Assembly (NCBI RefSeq): GCF_037042905.1
Contig: NC_087246.1
Coordinates: 4,528,001-4,592,000, forward strand
DNA from: Lytechinus pictus
Lineage: Eukaryota
Direction of reading: 5' to 3'
Length of the DNA: 64,000 nucleotides
Below, piece by piece: positions 54,401 to 64,000 of this stretch (its first letter is position 1; every line of letters starts with the position of its first letter). A program made the position numbers and the translations under genes. The notes beneath the pieces are model-generated. The model ran no database searches. It had not been told where the DNA came from and saw nothing but the letters and a program-made list of their open reading frames with translations.

Positions 54401-57400
54401 AATAGCGGAAACGAGAAAAAGATTTTCGAAATGTCCTATATGACATAGACCTACTTCCAACGTGCTGGCGGATATGTATTGTCGTTCCGTCATACTTAAG
54501 TATTTTTAATTTGATGACAATTTGATTACGGTAAACTGAATTTCAGGTATGACTGGGAGCTATCTCGCTGCCGGGCTCGCTGCCTTACCCTATATAGATT
54601 TACTGTTGGTGGTGTCTGATTTCTCTGAAGAATACAGACTGTAAATACCATCATATGCCTCTTACGTCCTGTACGAAATAATAATATTAATTCAGTATGT
54701 TATTCTCATAATATAGTTTAACAGAATCCTCCTTAACCATCTTCCATAGATGAGTCATGTAAGTTTATATAAATGTGATGAATGCATTGACATCAATATT
54801 GAAATCTACAGTGACGGATTTATCATGCAGTTTAAAGTTTAAAAAACAAAATTACCAATTTAAATCATTATTTCTGTAGGTGGATCTGTTTGCTGGAGCT
54901 TTGTTCGTTCAGCAGTCCCTCGGATGGGATCTATATCTATCGATCATCATCCTCCTGGCTATCACAGCAGTGTACACTGTAATTGGTGAGTCCATTTTCG
55001 AACGTTGTATCACGACGACTATTCCCACCCCATTCAAATATATATATAGACTATAAGGGGAATATTGATCGAAAAGGGGAAACTCTTTGTTCACGTTTTC
55101 TCGCCTGTTTAGATTTTTTATCGCTGATACCCAATCGGTTTTAAAGCGTTTTTTCTCCAAATGAGGACTGCAAGATAAGGGGGGAGGGGGGCTTCAAAAG
55201 GACATTACAGACATTGAATTGTCAATGGTATTATTCAATGAAAATGTTGGGTTTTTTAAGAAGTAAAAAAAAAAGGATTTGATAGATGTACTTAAAAGAC
55301 CTTTTCTCGAAAAGGGATACTCAATTCAAATAAAGACGTAATACGTTTGACAAAAAGTACGACTTACTTGGAGAGACACGATGCCATTATCGAGCGATCG
55401 GGTTCGGTTAATGCCCCAACACTTTTGCACCAATAATGATTTTCAATATGTAGGTCAGTGAGAAACTTGTCATTTGTGACGATTCATTCCACAAATACAT
55501 CTGTGTCAATGTCCTCTTGTTTGAACCATTTCGTAAGCCTTGGACATTTTATGGGAATCAATATTTAGCTTAGAGCTCAATGACATACCAAGATTGCTGC
55601 CTCCCCTTGGCTTCATTTCCCGCCTCTTTCTGTCTCTTGCTCTATCTCTCTCGTCTTTATCTGCCTCTTTCTTTCTGCATCTTTCTCCCTATCTCTCTTC
55701 ATCTCCCCCTCTATATATTCCGGACTGTTCCCATTTACTACGGGGACACTCTCTACAACGCACCAATACCTTTGAAAATGCAAGTCAAGTCACAGAGGAG
55801 AGCTGAGAGGCTTTTGTCGAAACTTGGTGGATCGGGACAGCATATCGGAATCTCTTGACTCTGGACAACGAAATATTTGCAATGGCTCGACCAGTGCAAA
55901 TCTTAGGTTGATCTGCTGTCCCAGTCCACCAACTTTCGACAAAAGCCTCTCAGCTCTCCATTGTGGTTTTAATTGCATTTTCAAAGGAATCGGTACGTTA
56001 TAGAGTGTCTCCGTAGTAAATGCGAAAACTCTCTATTTCTTTATCACGTAATCAAGTTGTAAGATGATATATATAATTGCATCTCTCTGTTTTCTATCCA
56101 CCCTTTTCCACTTCAACCTCAGCCTGTCCTTCTATTATCGATTGAGTCTTTCTTTCTTTTATTGTTTCAAACATGTTCTAAAAATGCTGTAAAAAAGTTT
56201 GTTATGGCTTCTCCTCCTCGGGTGACTACACAGGTCCTCTCCAGTGAAGGGTAGTTAATATTGGTGATCGTTTATAATCATAAGAATCTAAATCACTTGT
56301 ATATGTGTGATATATATTGTAGATAATGCATAAGACAGAAATTGCTAAAAATTTATGCTACCAATATTTCCTAGAAAATTGTGGCAATATGGGACATCAC
56401 TGTAAATGTAGTGATCATTTTCATTATATCGAAATTATTTCATTCTCAATTACATTAAATTTGAAAATCTGATAAACTTTAGGTGGTCTATCTGCTGTGA
56501 TCTACACTGATGCCTTGCAGACGGCTATCATGTTGATTGGAGCTCTGGTCCTTATGATTCTATGTAAGTATATCATTTATTTTCTTCATTCACAATTCTT
56601 AAAAATAGATATATAATGTTAATTTTGCACATAGCGCAGACTTGTATAAAGTTTGATACATGTAGGTTTGCTGTTATTTCGTTTACTCCGACGAAAATGA
56701 AATATGCGTACCTTATACCTGAGAGTGAACAGCAAGCACATGCTTTCCAATCTGTTTAAAGGTAAAGGTTGAAAAGACATTCTCATCTCTACCTCGATCT
56801 CCAAAATCCTGAAACTCAGTTGTATATCCTGGCTTGTATAAATAAAAAAAAGATGTATTTTTACTTTGCCCATGTCAATTTGTCATTGGAACCTACTTGT
56901 ATGTGAAGGCCCTACTTGAAGAACAGTATTGCAAGCTTCCCCCAAAACAAACGTTTGTATGAGGAATATAAGCAGGGACCTAATGTCTGTTCTGAAGTTA
57001 CCCCTTTGTCGTTCATTGTATTTACACCACTCTTTATTACTCTGTCAGGTTTTATTGAGGTACCTTACAATGAGCTGTTCATCAAATACTTCCAGGCCAT
57101 CCCCGAAACCACATTAAACAACCCTAACACTACCTGCGGATTTCCCCGTTCTGATGCCTTCCACATTTTCCGTGATCCACTGACAGCAGATCTTCCCTGG
57201 CCAGGAATGATCTTTGGTATCACAATCTCTTCTATCTGGTACTGGTGTACAGATCAAGTAAGTAGGGAAAAAAACGTTTTGTTTTGTCTTGTCGTTGAAA
57301 AAAGTTTTAGGTCATATTATGGTCTTGATGTCGTCGAGGTATTGAGGATGCCATGGCTTTGATTTAATGTGATGTGATAATGATGGAGAATATGAAGAAG

Positions 57401-60400
57401 TGAAGAAAGTATTACTCCGTCTATTGTTATATCGTGATTACATGCAAAATTTGGGGTTAACCCTCCTCCCCCCTCGCACTTTTGTGAAGAACAAAGGGAC
57501 GTATATATGTATGCCGAATGGAGTTTAGAAAATAAAGGGGAAGTGGAAATGCATACATATTGGTTATGTTTTGTAGATGATAAGTAATCCTTTCACAAAT
57601 GGAGTGACTCGTAACCTACATTGTATTTTAAGAGTGAAAACATTGCAATTTGTTGCACAGTATCCACATCTTTACCAACATTTATCCTACAAATCTGTAG
57701 CCTAAGTTATTGGATGATTATCTTAATTAAGCTTTACCAACAAAAATAAGAGTGTGTTGTTTTTAATTGAATCTGATTAGTATTCAGGGGGGGGGGGCTT
57801 TCATTGAAAGAAATTCTTTTCTGATGTTTTACCAGACAATTACATAGTAACAGTCAGACACCTGTATTTCTCAGTCAATCAAACTCATGAATAATTGTCA
57901 TAAGAAAAATAATGATGAAGCAATCTCCAATTAGATACTCTTCTTTGAACAAGTGTACATAATATATCATTTTTTTCATTTTTTTCTTACAGGTTATCGT
58001 TCAACGAGCACTTGCTGCCAAGTCTCTCTCCCATGCCAAAGGTGGTTGTGTTATGGCTGCCTTCCTCAAGATCTTACCCATGTTCCTCATCGTGTTTCCA
58101 GGAATGGTATCCAGGACCCTCTACCCAAATAAGGTAGCCTGTGCTGACCCTGCTGAATGTCTCAAATATTGTCAGAGTGAAACGGCTTGTACCAACGTGG
58201 CATACCCTCTTCTTGTTGTGAACATCATGCCTGTTGGTATGTTCAGTATTTCTGTTCCTTTTAAGAATACAGTCAAGTGAAAGACAACTACATAGTCAAC
58301 AAATGGTCGGAAGTAAATATGAGATAGGCCTTATATATTCTGACATTACTCTGTAATAGTGAACAAATTCGGAGACACATCTTTAACCGGAAAAGTGATA
58401 TCATTTGGCTGGCTCTCCGGGTATCGTCGCTCCATCTCAAACACTGGACTGAAATGAAAGCTCACTTCAACAATTAACTCTGAATGATAATTTTATAATT
58501 AGAATACTGTTTATCTTTATGTGTAAAGTCCTGGAAGTAATAAGATAAGAAAAGTGGATAGAAATGGAGGTGAATTGGAAAGGCGAGAAAGTGGAGGTTT
58601 GAAAGTAGAGTATTCTTTTTTAATGAGTATAAACCAGGAGTGGAAAGCCTGCCAACTACTCAGCTTTCCACTCCTTCTGGTAAGGACTACACTCATTTAA
58701 AAAAGAATACTATACTTTCAAACCTCCACTTTCTCACCTTTCCAATGCACCTCCATTTCGATCAACTTTTCTTATCTTAGTCCTTCCAGGATTTTACACA
58801 TGGTACCGAAAATCCCTTCGCGATTTCTCACTATGCAAACCTTCAAACATCAACTGTTAATCTTGTTTAGGTGCTCGTGGATTAATGTTGGCTGTGATCA
58901 TGAGTGCTCTGATGAGTTCATTGACATCGATCTTTAACAGCAGTTCTACGATCTTTACCATCGATATTTGGCGCCGAATCAGACAAAATTCAAGCGAGAC
59001 TGAACTTATGATTGTAGGAAGGTAAGAATTATAAGCAATTTAGACCATGGGGTGTATTTCAAGGGTAAGGTATATGCATTTATGTCTAAGACTTGGCTCC
59101 TCTCATCAATGTTTTTTGTAAGCTTTGAAAATCTCTTCACAGAAAGATATATAGATTTGAAACTTAACCAATAGTTAATGGGTCTTGATTCTTCTGAAGT
59201 ATCTTTTGATTCTGTTGTGATCTCTGTGTATTTATTCCGATGTACCGCGATTTGGGGAACTTTAAAACCTTATATATTGCAGTTTTAAATAGTCAGAAAA
59301 AAAAGCAGTCTGCACTACATTCAAATAGTTATTCAGTAACTCAATTGATTATTTCTAACAATTCAAATCTGAACCTTCTGCATGCTAAAGTTTTCATTAT
59401 TTTAATAATTATCCTCATTTGACTAATGTATATTTCCTTTTCATCCTTTCCTATCAATGTAGAATCTTCATTCTGATAATGGTTGGAATCAGTATTCTTT
59501 GGATTCCCATCATCCAGGCATCTCAGGGAGGTCGTCTTTTTGATTACATCCAAGCTGTCACAAGCTACCTAGCTCCTCCCATATGCGCTGTCTTCCTTAT
59601 GGCTATTATATGGGAACGTGTTAATGAAAAGGTACACTTTATCTTTATATGCCAAACAAAGACAGTTAGGAAGACAACATCCCTCTTTCCATCAACCATT
59701 AGTAAGATTCTGGTAGCATTCAATGTTGAATCATGGCCGCTGTACCGACCAATCGTCCAAATTTTCAAAACTGGATGAACCAAGTTTGTACTGGTATTAG
59801 CAGACAGACAAATGGGTCTATACTCCCAAAGAAAATTTGTCCCAATAATTTAGAAACAATGTTGCGTCATTTCCAATAAGTAATCTGATGAGGCCTCATG
59901 ATGTTAGTCAGTATTACAGCAAACACCTATTCCACAAACTACATGCAATGAAAATTTCCTAAATAAGTTTAAGCTGTTTCAGCTTTTCTAATTTTATTTC
60001 ACAAATTGCAAATTTTTTAACTTTCCAGTATTTCATAATTCCCTAGTATTTTTTCTTCACATTTTCTTTAAACTTCTTAGAGTTACTGATGTTACCATGG
60101 TGGTGATATAACTATTAACAAGTTGATCATTTGTTTCTTTATTGTTTTTTTTTTACTAGGGAGCATTCTGGGGTCTAATGGCTGGTTTGGTTGTTGGTTT
60201 AGTTCGTATGATCCTTGACTTTGCCTACCCAGCACCAAGCTGTGGTGATGAAGACAACAGACCTGCTGTAATTGCTAACATGCACTACCTCTATTTTGGC
60301 ATGTTCCTATTTGCCTTTGTGTGTCTCTTTACGGCAGTTGTCAGCCTGCTTACTACACCTATCCCATCAAAATATGTAAGTAGCTTGCTCGTAACACTCT

Positions 60401-61570
60401 AAAGTTTAGGTGCCTCTTTCTGTTGTAAATATTCTCAAGTGAAAAAAAAATAATGCCACAGTTACCATGTTGACTACTAATTGTTGTATTCATATTTAGA
60501 AAATATTGTGTAGTTAATAAGATTTCAAGTAAGAAGAACCTTTTAGTTACATATTAGAAAACTCCACAGAACTTGACATTATGTTACTCCATCATTTAGT
60601 CTCCTTTCCCAATAATTGTGAGGTCTTTTTAAAATGTTTTTCATTCGCAGCTTGTTCATCTGACATGGGCAACACGTCATAGCACTCTTGAACGCCAGGA
60701 TCTATCCATTTCTGAGGTACAAGAACTCAAGGAAAAGATCATTGATGAACCAGAAGGTATGTCGAGATATCATTTCATGCAATTTAAGTTTTTTTTTCCA
60801 AAATTCTTTTCAAACTGCCTCAGTCATTCATACTCATCACACATTGATTTACTGGTTTTAAGGGGGATTTTTAAGCAATTTAATCATAAACGCTCAAACA
60901 ACAGATCAAAGACTATACTTCTTTACTGACATGTTTTGATGTGATCATATTTTTTGTGTAAAAAAAACAAACTTTGGAGTCGCAGGATGATTATATGGGA
61001 ACCCTCGCTCTTGGACATGATATAATTTTCTTTTATTTTTGATGAACTGGAAATATTTTTTAAAGGTACTTTCTTTCAGAAACTGAATGGTGAGTCATAA
61101 ATTATTTGTGGGCAATGAATATATGGTCAACTCCACAAATCATTGGCAATGATGCTTTTGACTTAAAGAAATATATATGTATTTTGTATAATGACAAGCT
61201 CTAAACTAAATAGCTTTATGTACATATAGATATTGTCTTGTCATTAAATTGCCATCTGAATTCTTCTCTGTCAAATCATGTTAGCTTATTTGACTTATGA
61301 AGAAACGTTTCATTGTGGTTCAATATAACCATCTAATCTCTTCATATTTTCTTTGCATTTGCAGAAGAGGAGGAGGTGACATTTAGCCGTAAGCTTGTCG
61401 ATTGGATGTGTGGTACAGGCAAGCAACCTGAGATGACTCCAGAACAAAAGGAAGAACAGATGAAGAGGATGACAGATATCAAAGAAACCAAGAGAGATAG
61501 GATCATCTTGAACGTTTCAGCAGTCTTAGCAATGGGTGTCAGCATCTTTTTCTGGGCTTACTATGGATAA
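15158..61570 (+). CDS. SLC5A: Sodium/glucose (solute:sodium symporter) cotransporter, SLC5A family; 13 coding exons, 1953 nt, 650 aa
   Basis: All 12 introns are GT-AG with consistent phases. Motifs: [67 protein letters not shown]. Confidence 0.95.
16710..17270. mobile_element. Degenerate inverted-repeat element; related fragments at ~28180-28290 and ~38800-39125
   Basis: ATCAAAATCTGATAATAAATAACAAAGTT (~16777-16805) is imperfectly complementary to AACTTTGTTATTCTTGTCCGATTTTGAT (~17162-17189). Boundaries are approximate. Confidence 0.5.
18308..18705. mobile_element. ~400-bp palindromic MITE
   Basis: Termini ATAGAGTACC / GGTACTCTAT. Inner arms around ~18506 are near perfect (…GTATTATTGGCCTGGTTC…GAACCAGGCCAATAATAC…). 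TSD is unclear. Confidence 0.8.
18736..19052 (+). mobile_element. Head-to-tail dimer of a ~157-bp MITE (PIF/Harbinger-like, CWG target)
   Basis: GGGAGCRTTTCAT...ATGAAAC..TCCC units are bounded and separated by CTG/CTG/CAG (18733-35, 18893-95, 19053-55). Confidence 0.8.
19543..20557. mobile_element. Non-autonomous hAT element with perfect 8-bp TSD
   Basis: 16-bp TIR CAGGGGTTCTCAAACT / AGTTTGAGAACCCCTG. TATTATAC at 19535-19542 and 20558-20565. GGGCC subterminal motifs. Confidence 0.92.
20077..20233. mobile_element. Small CAG...CTG MITE nested in the hAT element, 5-bp TSD
   Basis: Imperfect TIR CAGGGGCTGCAGAA / TTCCACGGCCCCTG. TCAAG at 20072-20076 and 20234-20238. Confidence 0.75.
22312..22389. 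repeat. 36-bp tandem duplication
   Basis: TACCTTCTTGTCAGTTTCATAGAAGAARAATTATGT x2. Confidence 0.85.
23293..23345 (-). pseudogene. 5'-truncated copy of the UCA tRNA-like gene
   Basis: Exact reverse complement of 23697-23749; lacks the 5' acceptor strand and A box. Confidence 0.8.
23678..23749 (+). tRNA. tRNA-like gene with anticodon TCA (opal-suppressor-like; functional tRNA versus repeat-borne Pol III head unresolved)
   Basis: Acceptor GTCTCTG/CAGAGAC (7/7), D stem GTCT/AGGC, anticodon stem CCGGC/GCTGG with loop GT-TCA-AA, 4-nt variable loop, T arm CCGGG-TTCGATT-CCCGG. A box TGGTCTAGTGG, B box GGTTCGATTCC, T6 at 23750-23755. Confidence 0.75.
23956..24060. mobile_element. Small hairpin MITE remnant
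   Basis: GACCCG..GGAGACAA...ATTGGAGGGGCAC (23962-23992) pairs with 24015-24046; ends in CCGCCACTG. Confidence 0.6.
27887..28172 (-). mobile_element. Second dimer of the ~157-bp CWG-target MITE
   Basis: Reverse-complement match to 18736-19052; CTG/CAG/CAG junctions; the second unit is internally deleted. Confidence 0.8.
28298..28690. mobile_element. ~390-bp MITE with 28-bp TIRs
   Basis: ATGCCCCTTTCATAAACCCAATAAAACA / TGTTTTATTGGGTTTATGAAAGGGGTAT; internal TTATCCGCAT repeats in both orientations. Confidence 0.85.
28815..28867. repeat. 27-bp-period tandem duplication
   Basis: TGAGTGGTTTCCTAGTATACAGCCAC x2. Confidence 0.9.
31659..31709 (-). mobile_element. tRNA-derived SINE head fragment
   Basis: Minus strand reads GGTGGCTCAGTTGGTAGAGC...CCAGGTTCAAAAT (A box and degenerate B box); no 3' acceptor strand. 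Confidence 0.55.
34112..34285 (-). mobile_element. 3' end of L2-like LINE downstream of the UGT stop
   Basis: [28 protein letters not shown] followed by GAGCACTCC...ATATAGCGCTTTATAAGT...TATTATTATT tail. Confidence 0.75.
34496..36109 (-). CDS. UGT: UDP-glycosyltransferase (UGT/GT1), 537 aa, intronless CDS, nested in SLC5A intron 1
   Basis: Signal peptide; GSH catalytic His; [19 protein letters not shown] signature [10 protein letters not shown]...HGG...[18 protein letters not shown]-terminal TM and KLKRL (KxKxx ER retrieval). First ATG at 36109. Confidence 0.96.
   Translation of the reverse strand: MAVVHRIGESVMILALMISLSTKDGVDSYNVLLSANFGDGSHYIAMRAIGESLVKKGHEVTFLVAEGFPHPSIHNEDFEKFHFERFNLPGLKDKLEDAYAKLSYLTLSDKGGDEISELMETFQNLNRDACSVIFKDSALLERLSTFDVFVFNIIWPCSVYVKSHLERQKGVRDIPIVAFSNTNINPYVLWEAASPFFPSFQPSPMSRLTPRMNFFERLRNTLTYLSMIHKFRRTVISEPFSHLIDDYDLDPYLRIAMNNHVNLYLVHTDFSIDPPFAMTPSVIPVGGLTARAAKALDNDVEEFMKSSGDDGVVVFSLGSYFSTITTALPEIPRMFLEAFAKIPQKVIILSKVGLVQGLPENVRVIPWLPLNDLLGHSKTRLLVYHGGSSGIFEAVYHGVPLVVMPLGGDQSDIAVRVVSKGIGVQLDKDTLTAENIYERVTEVLSQPVYSESSKRISAILRDRPMTAADTSAYWIEHTIKHGVDYLRPSSLDLPFYQLYLIDVFLFLFALISIVCWIFLKALNAYFQRKSSRKLKRL
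37274..37425. repeat. (CTT/CCT)n polypyrimidine tract
   Basis: Directly visible. Confidence 0.9.
40040..40590 (-). mobile_element. Degenerate 3' fragment of L1/Tx1-like LINE
   Basis: Minus-strand translation with stops and frameshifts gives [22 protein letters not shown], resembling the C-terminal zinc-binding motif of L1/Tx1 ORF2. Confidence 0.55.
42304..42812. mobile_element. ~510-bp non-autonomous TIR element (Tc1/mariner-like)
   Basis: CGTGTGAGTAAAAAAAAAATGTACACCTCACA / TGTGAGGTGTCATTTTTTTTTACTCACACG. Superfamily is a guess. Confidence 0.7.
44190..44366 (+). CDS. SLC5A: SLC5A exon 2
   Basis: [67 protein letters not shown]. Confidence 0.95.
47397..47456 (+). CDS. SLC5A: SLC5A exon 3
   Basis: [28 protein letters not shown]. 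Confidence 0.95.
49454..49558 (+). CDS. SLC5A: SLC5A exon 4
   Basis: [35 protein letters not shown]. Confidence 0.95.
51820..52099. mobile_element. 280-bp CAG...CTG MITE with apparent 5-bp TSD
   Basis: CAGGGGCGGATCCAG / CTAGATCCGCTTCTG; GGAGG on both flanks (G-rich context); contains the GCGAGCGGAGCGAGCG motif. Confidence 0.75.
53200..53525 (+). mobile_element. tRNA-derived SINE with L2-like tail
   Basis: Degenerate A box TGGCCAAATGG and B box GGATTCAAATC, a central CCACATTGTGCTGCAC core, then GATATGCGCTCT...AATAACTG and a (TTA)n tail. Confidence 0.7.
54880..54985 (+). CDS. SLC5A: SLC5A exon 5
   Basis: [36 protein letters not shown]. Confidence 0.95.
55728..56026. mobile_element. ~300-bp palindromic MITE
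   Basis: CATTTACTACGGGGACACTCT / AGAGTGTCTCCGTAGTAAATG and GGAGAGCTGAGAGGCTTTTGTCGAAA / TTTCGACAAAAGCCTCTCAGCTCTCC. Confidence 0.8.
56483..56563 (+). CDS. SLC5A: SLC5A exon 6
   Basis: [27 protein letters not shown]. Confidence 0.95.
57049..57257 (+). CDS. SLC5A: SLC5A exon 7
   Basis: FIEVPY...[15 protein letters not shown]...DLPWPG...WYWCTDQ. Confidence 0.93.
57993..58236 (+). CDS. SLC5A: SLC5A exon 8
   Basis: [19 protein letters not shown]...[17 protein letters not shown]...[13 protein letters not shown]. Confidence 0.95.
58519..58801. mobile_element. ~283-bp palindromic MITE in SLC5A intron 8
   Basis: ATGTGTAAAGTCCTGGAAG / CTTCCAGGATTTTACACAT; arms of ~125 bp around GGAGTGGAAAGC…GCTTTCCACTCC. 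Confidence 0.85.
58871..59021 (+). CDS. SLC5A: SLC5A exon 9
   Basis: [33 protein letters not shown]...ELMIVGR. Confidence 0.95.
59463..59631 (+). CDS. SLC5A: SLC5A exon 10
   Basis: [40 protein letters not shown]...RVNEK. Confidence 0.95.
60160..60375 (+). CDS. SLC5A: SLC5A exon 11
   Basis: [21 protein letters not shown]...HYLYF...[12 protein letters not shown]. Confidence 0.95.
60651..60756 (+). CDS. SLC5A: SLC5A exon 12
   Basis: [43 protein letters not shown]; phases fit both neighbours. Confidence 0.88.
61365..61570 (+). CDS. SLC5A: SLC5A exon 13 (terminal)
   Basis: …WMCG…MTDIKE…[27 protein letters not shown] at 61600-61605. Confidence 0.92.
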
Positions 61571-64000
61571 CACCACCACAACAATTTTGTATTTTTTAAA
61601 ATAAACATTGATCTCCTTGTAGGATTTCTGGTTGAATCTTGAAATGATTTTGTCAAGGTGGTGATTTATTGCTCATTTTCCTGCAGGGAAATGTGTATTT
61701 TAATAATTAGGTAATAATAGTTATTTCATTCATCCAGATCAATTTTTGTGATAATGACAATGGGATTTTAAAACTTTGAATCCTTGTGGGGGTGTCAATA
61801 TCTAGTAAGAATTTTATTCATACATGATGCAAGCAATTTATATGTAGCATTTGTGTTAAATGTATATGCAAGTTTGTTAGTTTTCTAGTACATGATTCCC
61901 TGCACATTAAATAAGGGTTATTTATCCATTCCTACTTGGTTAGATTATCAACAGAGCGTCAACTAAATTGTTGTTCTCAAAATATTATAGAGAAAACTTT
62001 TTACAATGGTATATGCATGATTTTCAACCTTGTTACTAGCATATTCAATTTACATAGCTTTGTTGATATGAAATAAGTTATTCAAAGAACATTTCAGGAA
62101 GACCATCAAATGTATTTTTAAAAATAGATTTTTTTTGACAAAATAATATTTGTGGCAAGGTAACATAATGCATGAATATACATGGACCAGTAATTTCTAA
62201 TCCATTAAGAATCTTTGGATTTGAATGTTCATTAACAATTGTGCCTTAATTCATAGTATACTGAAATTTTTCTTGAGATGAAATTTGAGTTTGCCTAAAT
62301 CTTATCTTAAGTAACATCATTTATTGATTCAGATTAAAATGGGAATCAAAGTATGGATCTGCAGGGTAAAATATGTTGGTGGTTCTAGCTTTATAGGCAC
62401 TACATTTCATTTCTTCTCTTTTTTCATTAATGCTTGTTCACTGATGCTTGCAGTAAAATAATTCACATTCAAAATCTGGGTTGGTAGAATTTAATTATTA
62501 AAAAAGAATCAGTTATTTTTCAAGGAATGAGTTTGCCGTCTTGTTTCACTATCTATGAATCAAATTCTAAACGGATTATCAAATAATGTGCAGTTTTTAA
62601 TTTGATCACAAGACTCTGAAAGAGTAAATCTGTATAGGTCTACATTTAGAATGACTTCATTTCACAATAGTAGATGTATAGTGTATCTCTGCTTTCTCCA
62701 CTCAAACCTTCTTCACCCCCCCCCCCATTCTTTCTCTCTGAATCTCTGTTTTCTTGGTCATTTTGTATTTAATATCTTTATGGAATACATTTGAATATGA
62801 AGAGATATATTAGAAATCATGCAATGTACATACATGAAATGTATATTTTTGAAGATAGAGCTATAATGATTTTATCATAATGATTGAACATATACCTCTT
62901 GATTGACATCATTCAGTCAGTGACACTATGTATATATTTCTTCTGTTAATTGTAGAATGGGATTTTTTTTTATCATGTAGGAGAGCAACACCATTCACAA
63001 TCAGACAGACAGTGATGCCAATGACATATCATGCTGAAATTTCTATTTTGACCTCTTCACAAATCTTGTATACCTGTTGAAGCGTATTACAAACTCTTTT
63101 TTTACTGTAATCGGCATGGACTGAATATTTACTCATAAAAATTAAGACACCAAGGAAGGAGTTGCCTTTACAAGCAATGGAAATTTGATAAGGGTTGAGG
63201 GAACAGACTTCACAGATTGATGACAGCAGTTCACAATGAGATGCTCTTAATTTGTTTGGTTCAAAAAGAGTTGCATGGAAGTGTCATGAGCTTTGATCTA
63301 AAACAGTCATGTGTTCTTCGAAAAAAAAAAATGTCTTGTCAATTATGTGTAAGACTAAAAATCGAAGGGATTCATACATAAAAGGGTGGAGGCCAGGGTT
63401 AGATGGGTGGGACCAACCCTAAAGATTAATATTTTTCATGATTTTATGATTCAAGTTGAATTGAATCAACTGAAATAGATCCTTTACTGATATGACTGCA
63501 GTGTATTAAATACTATGGCTGCTTGATTATTTACATCGGGACGATAGGATATTATGAAGATCGGTTTTATGAACATCCATGATTTTAACCTGTGATTTAA
63601 AAATGGATGGTTTAAATAAAATATTTTTGTTGTTCCACTTTGTTTGCAATTTCTTGGATTCTTCTCTGAAGTCCTACAATAATAAGCAAGACATAATACT
63701 TTCCTGAAAATTGATTTAAAAAATAATGTCATTAGAGCATCGCCTTTTATTTTGCTGTATGTATTCCAATCATAGATTTTAACCAATGATTAATAAATCA
63801 AACTTGACATTAATCACTTAAGACATTCATCTTGCATAACTTGTTCCCCACAAAAACAAAAAGAGGAAGGCAACACGCTTGTGGCCAGTTGATTGAATTT
63901 AAAACATGTATGTATAAATCTCATATGATGTGTCATTGTTGAATCATGTTAATGATTAAATTTTATTGAAATGCATTTCGGTTTTGTGATATATTCATTT

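Overview
AT-rich animal genomic DNA with spliceosomal introns. Repeat style and gene content suggest a marine invertebrate, probably an echinoderm (inference only). Four protein-coding genes are supported. (1) A 3-exon rolling stone-like membrane protein (+, 6938-8828, 276 aa). (2) A single-coding-exon type I membrane protein with an Ig-like domain (-, 10291-11178). (3) A complete 13-exon SLC5A Na+/sugar cotransporter (+, 15158-61570, 650 aa) whose first intron is 28.9 kb. (4) An intronless UDP-glycosyltransferase nested antisense in that intron (-, 34496-36109). The rest is non-autonomous DNA transposons/MITEs (several with clean TIRs and TSDs), LINE 3' fragments, SINEs and micro/minisatellites. 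The most unusual item is a fully paired 72-nt tRNA-like gene with a UCA (opal-reading) anticodon and a short variable loop. It has intact A/B boxes and a T6 terminator, and sits in a ~410-bp repeated unit with direct and inverted copies inserted in a (TA)n tract (23066-23885). All calls were made by eye; no searches were run.
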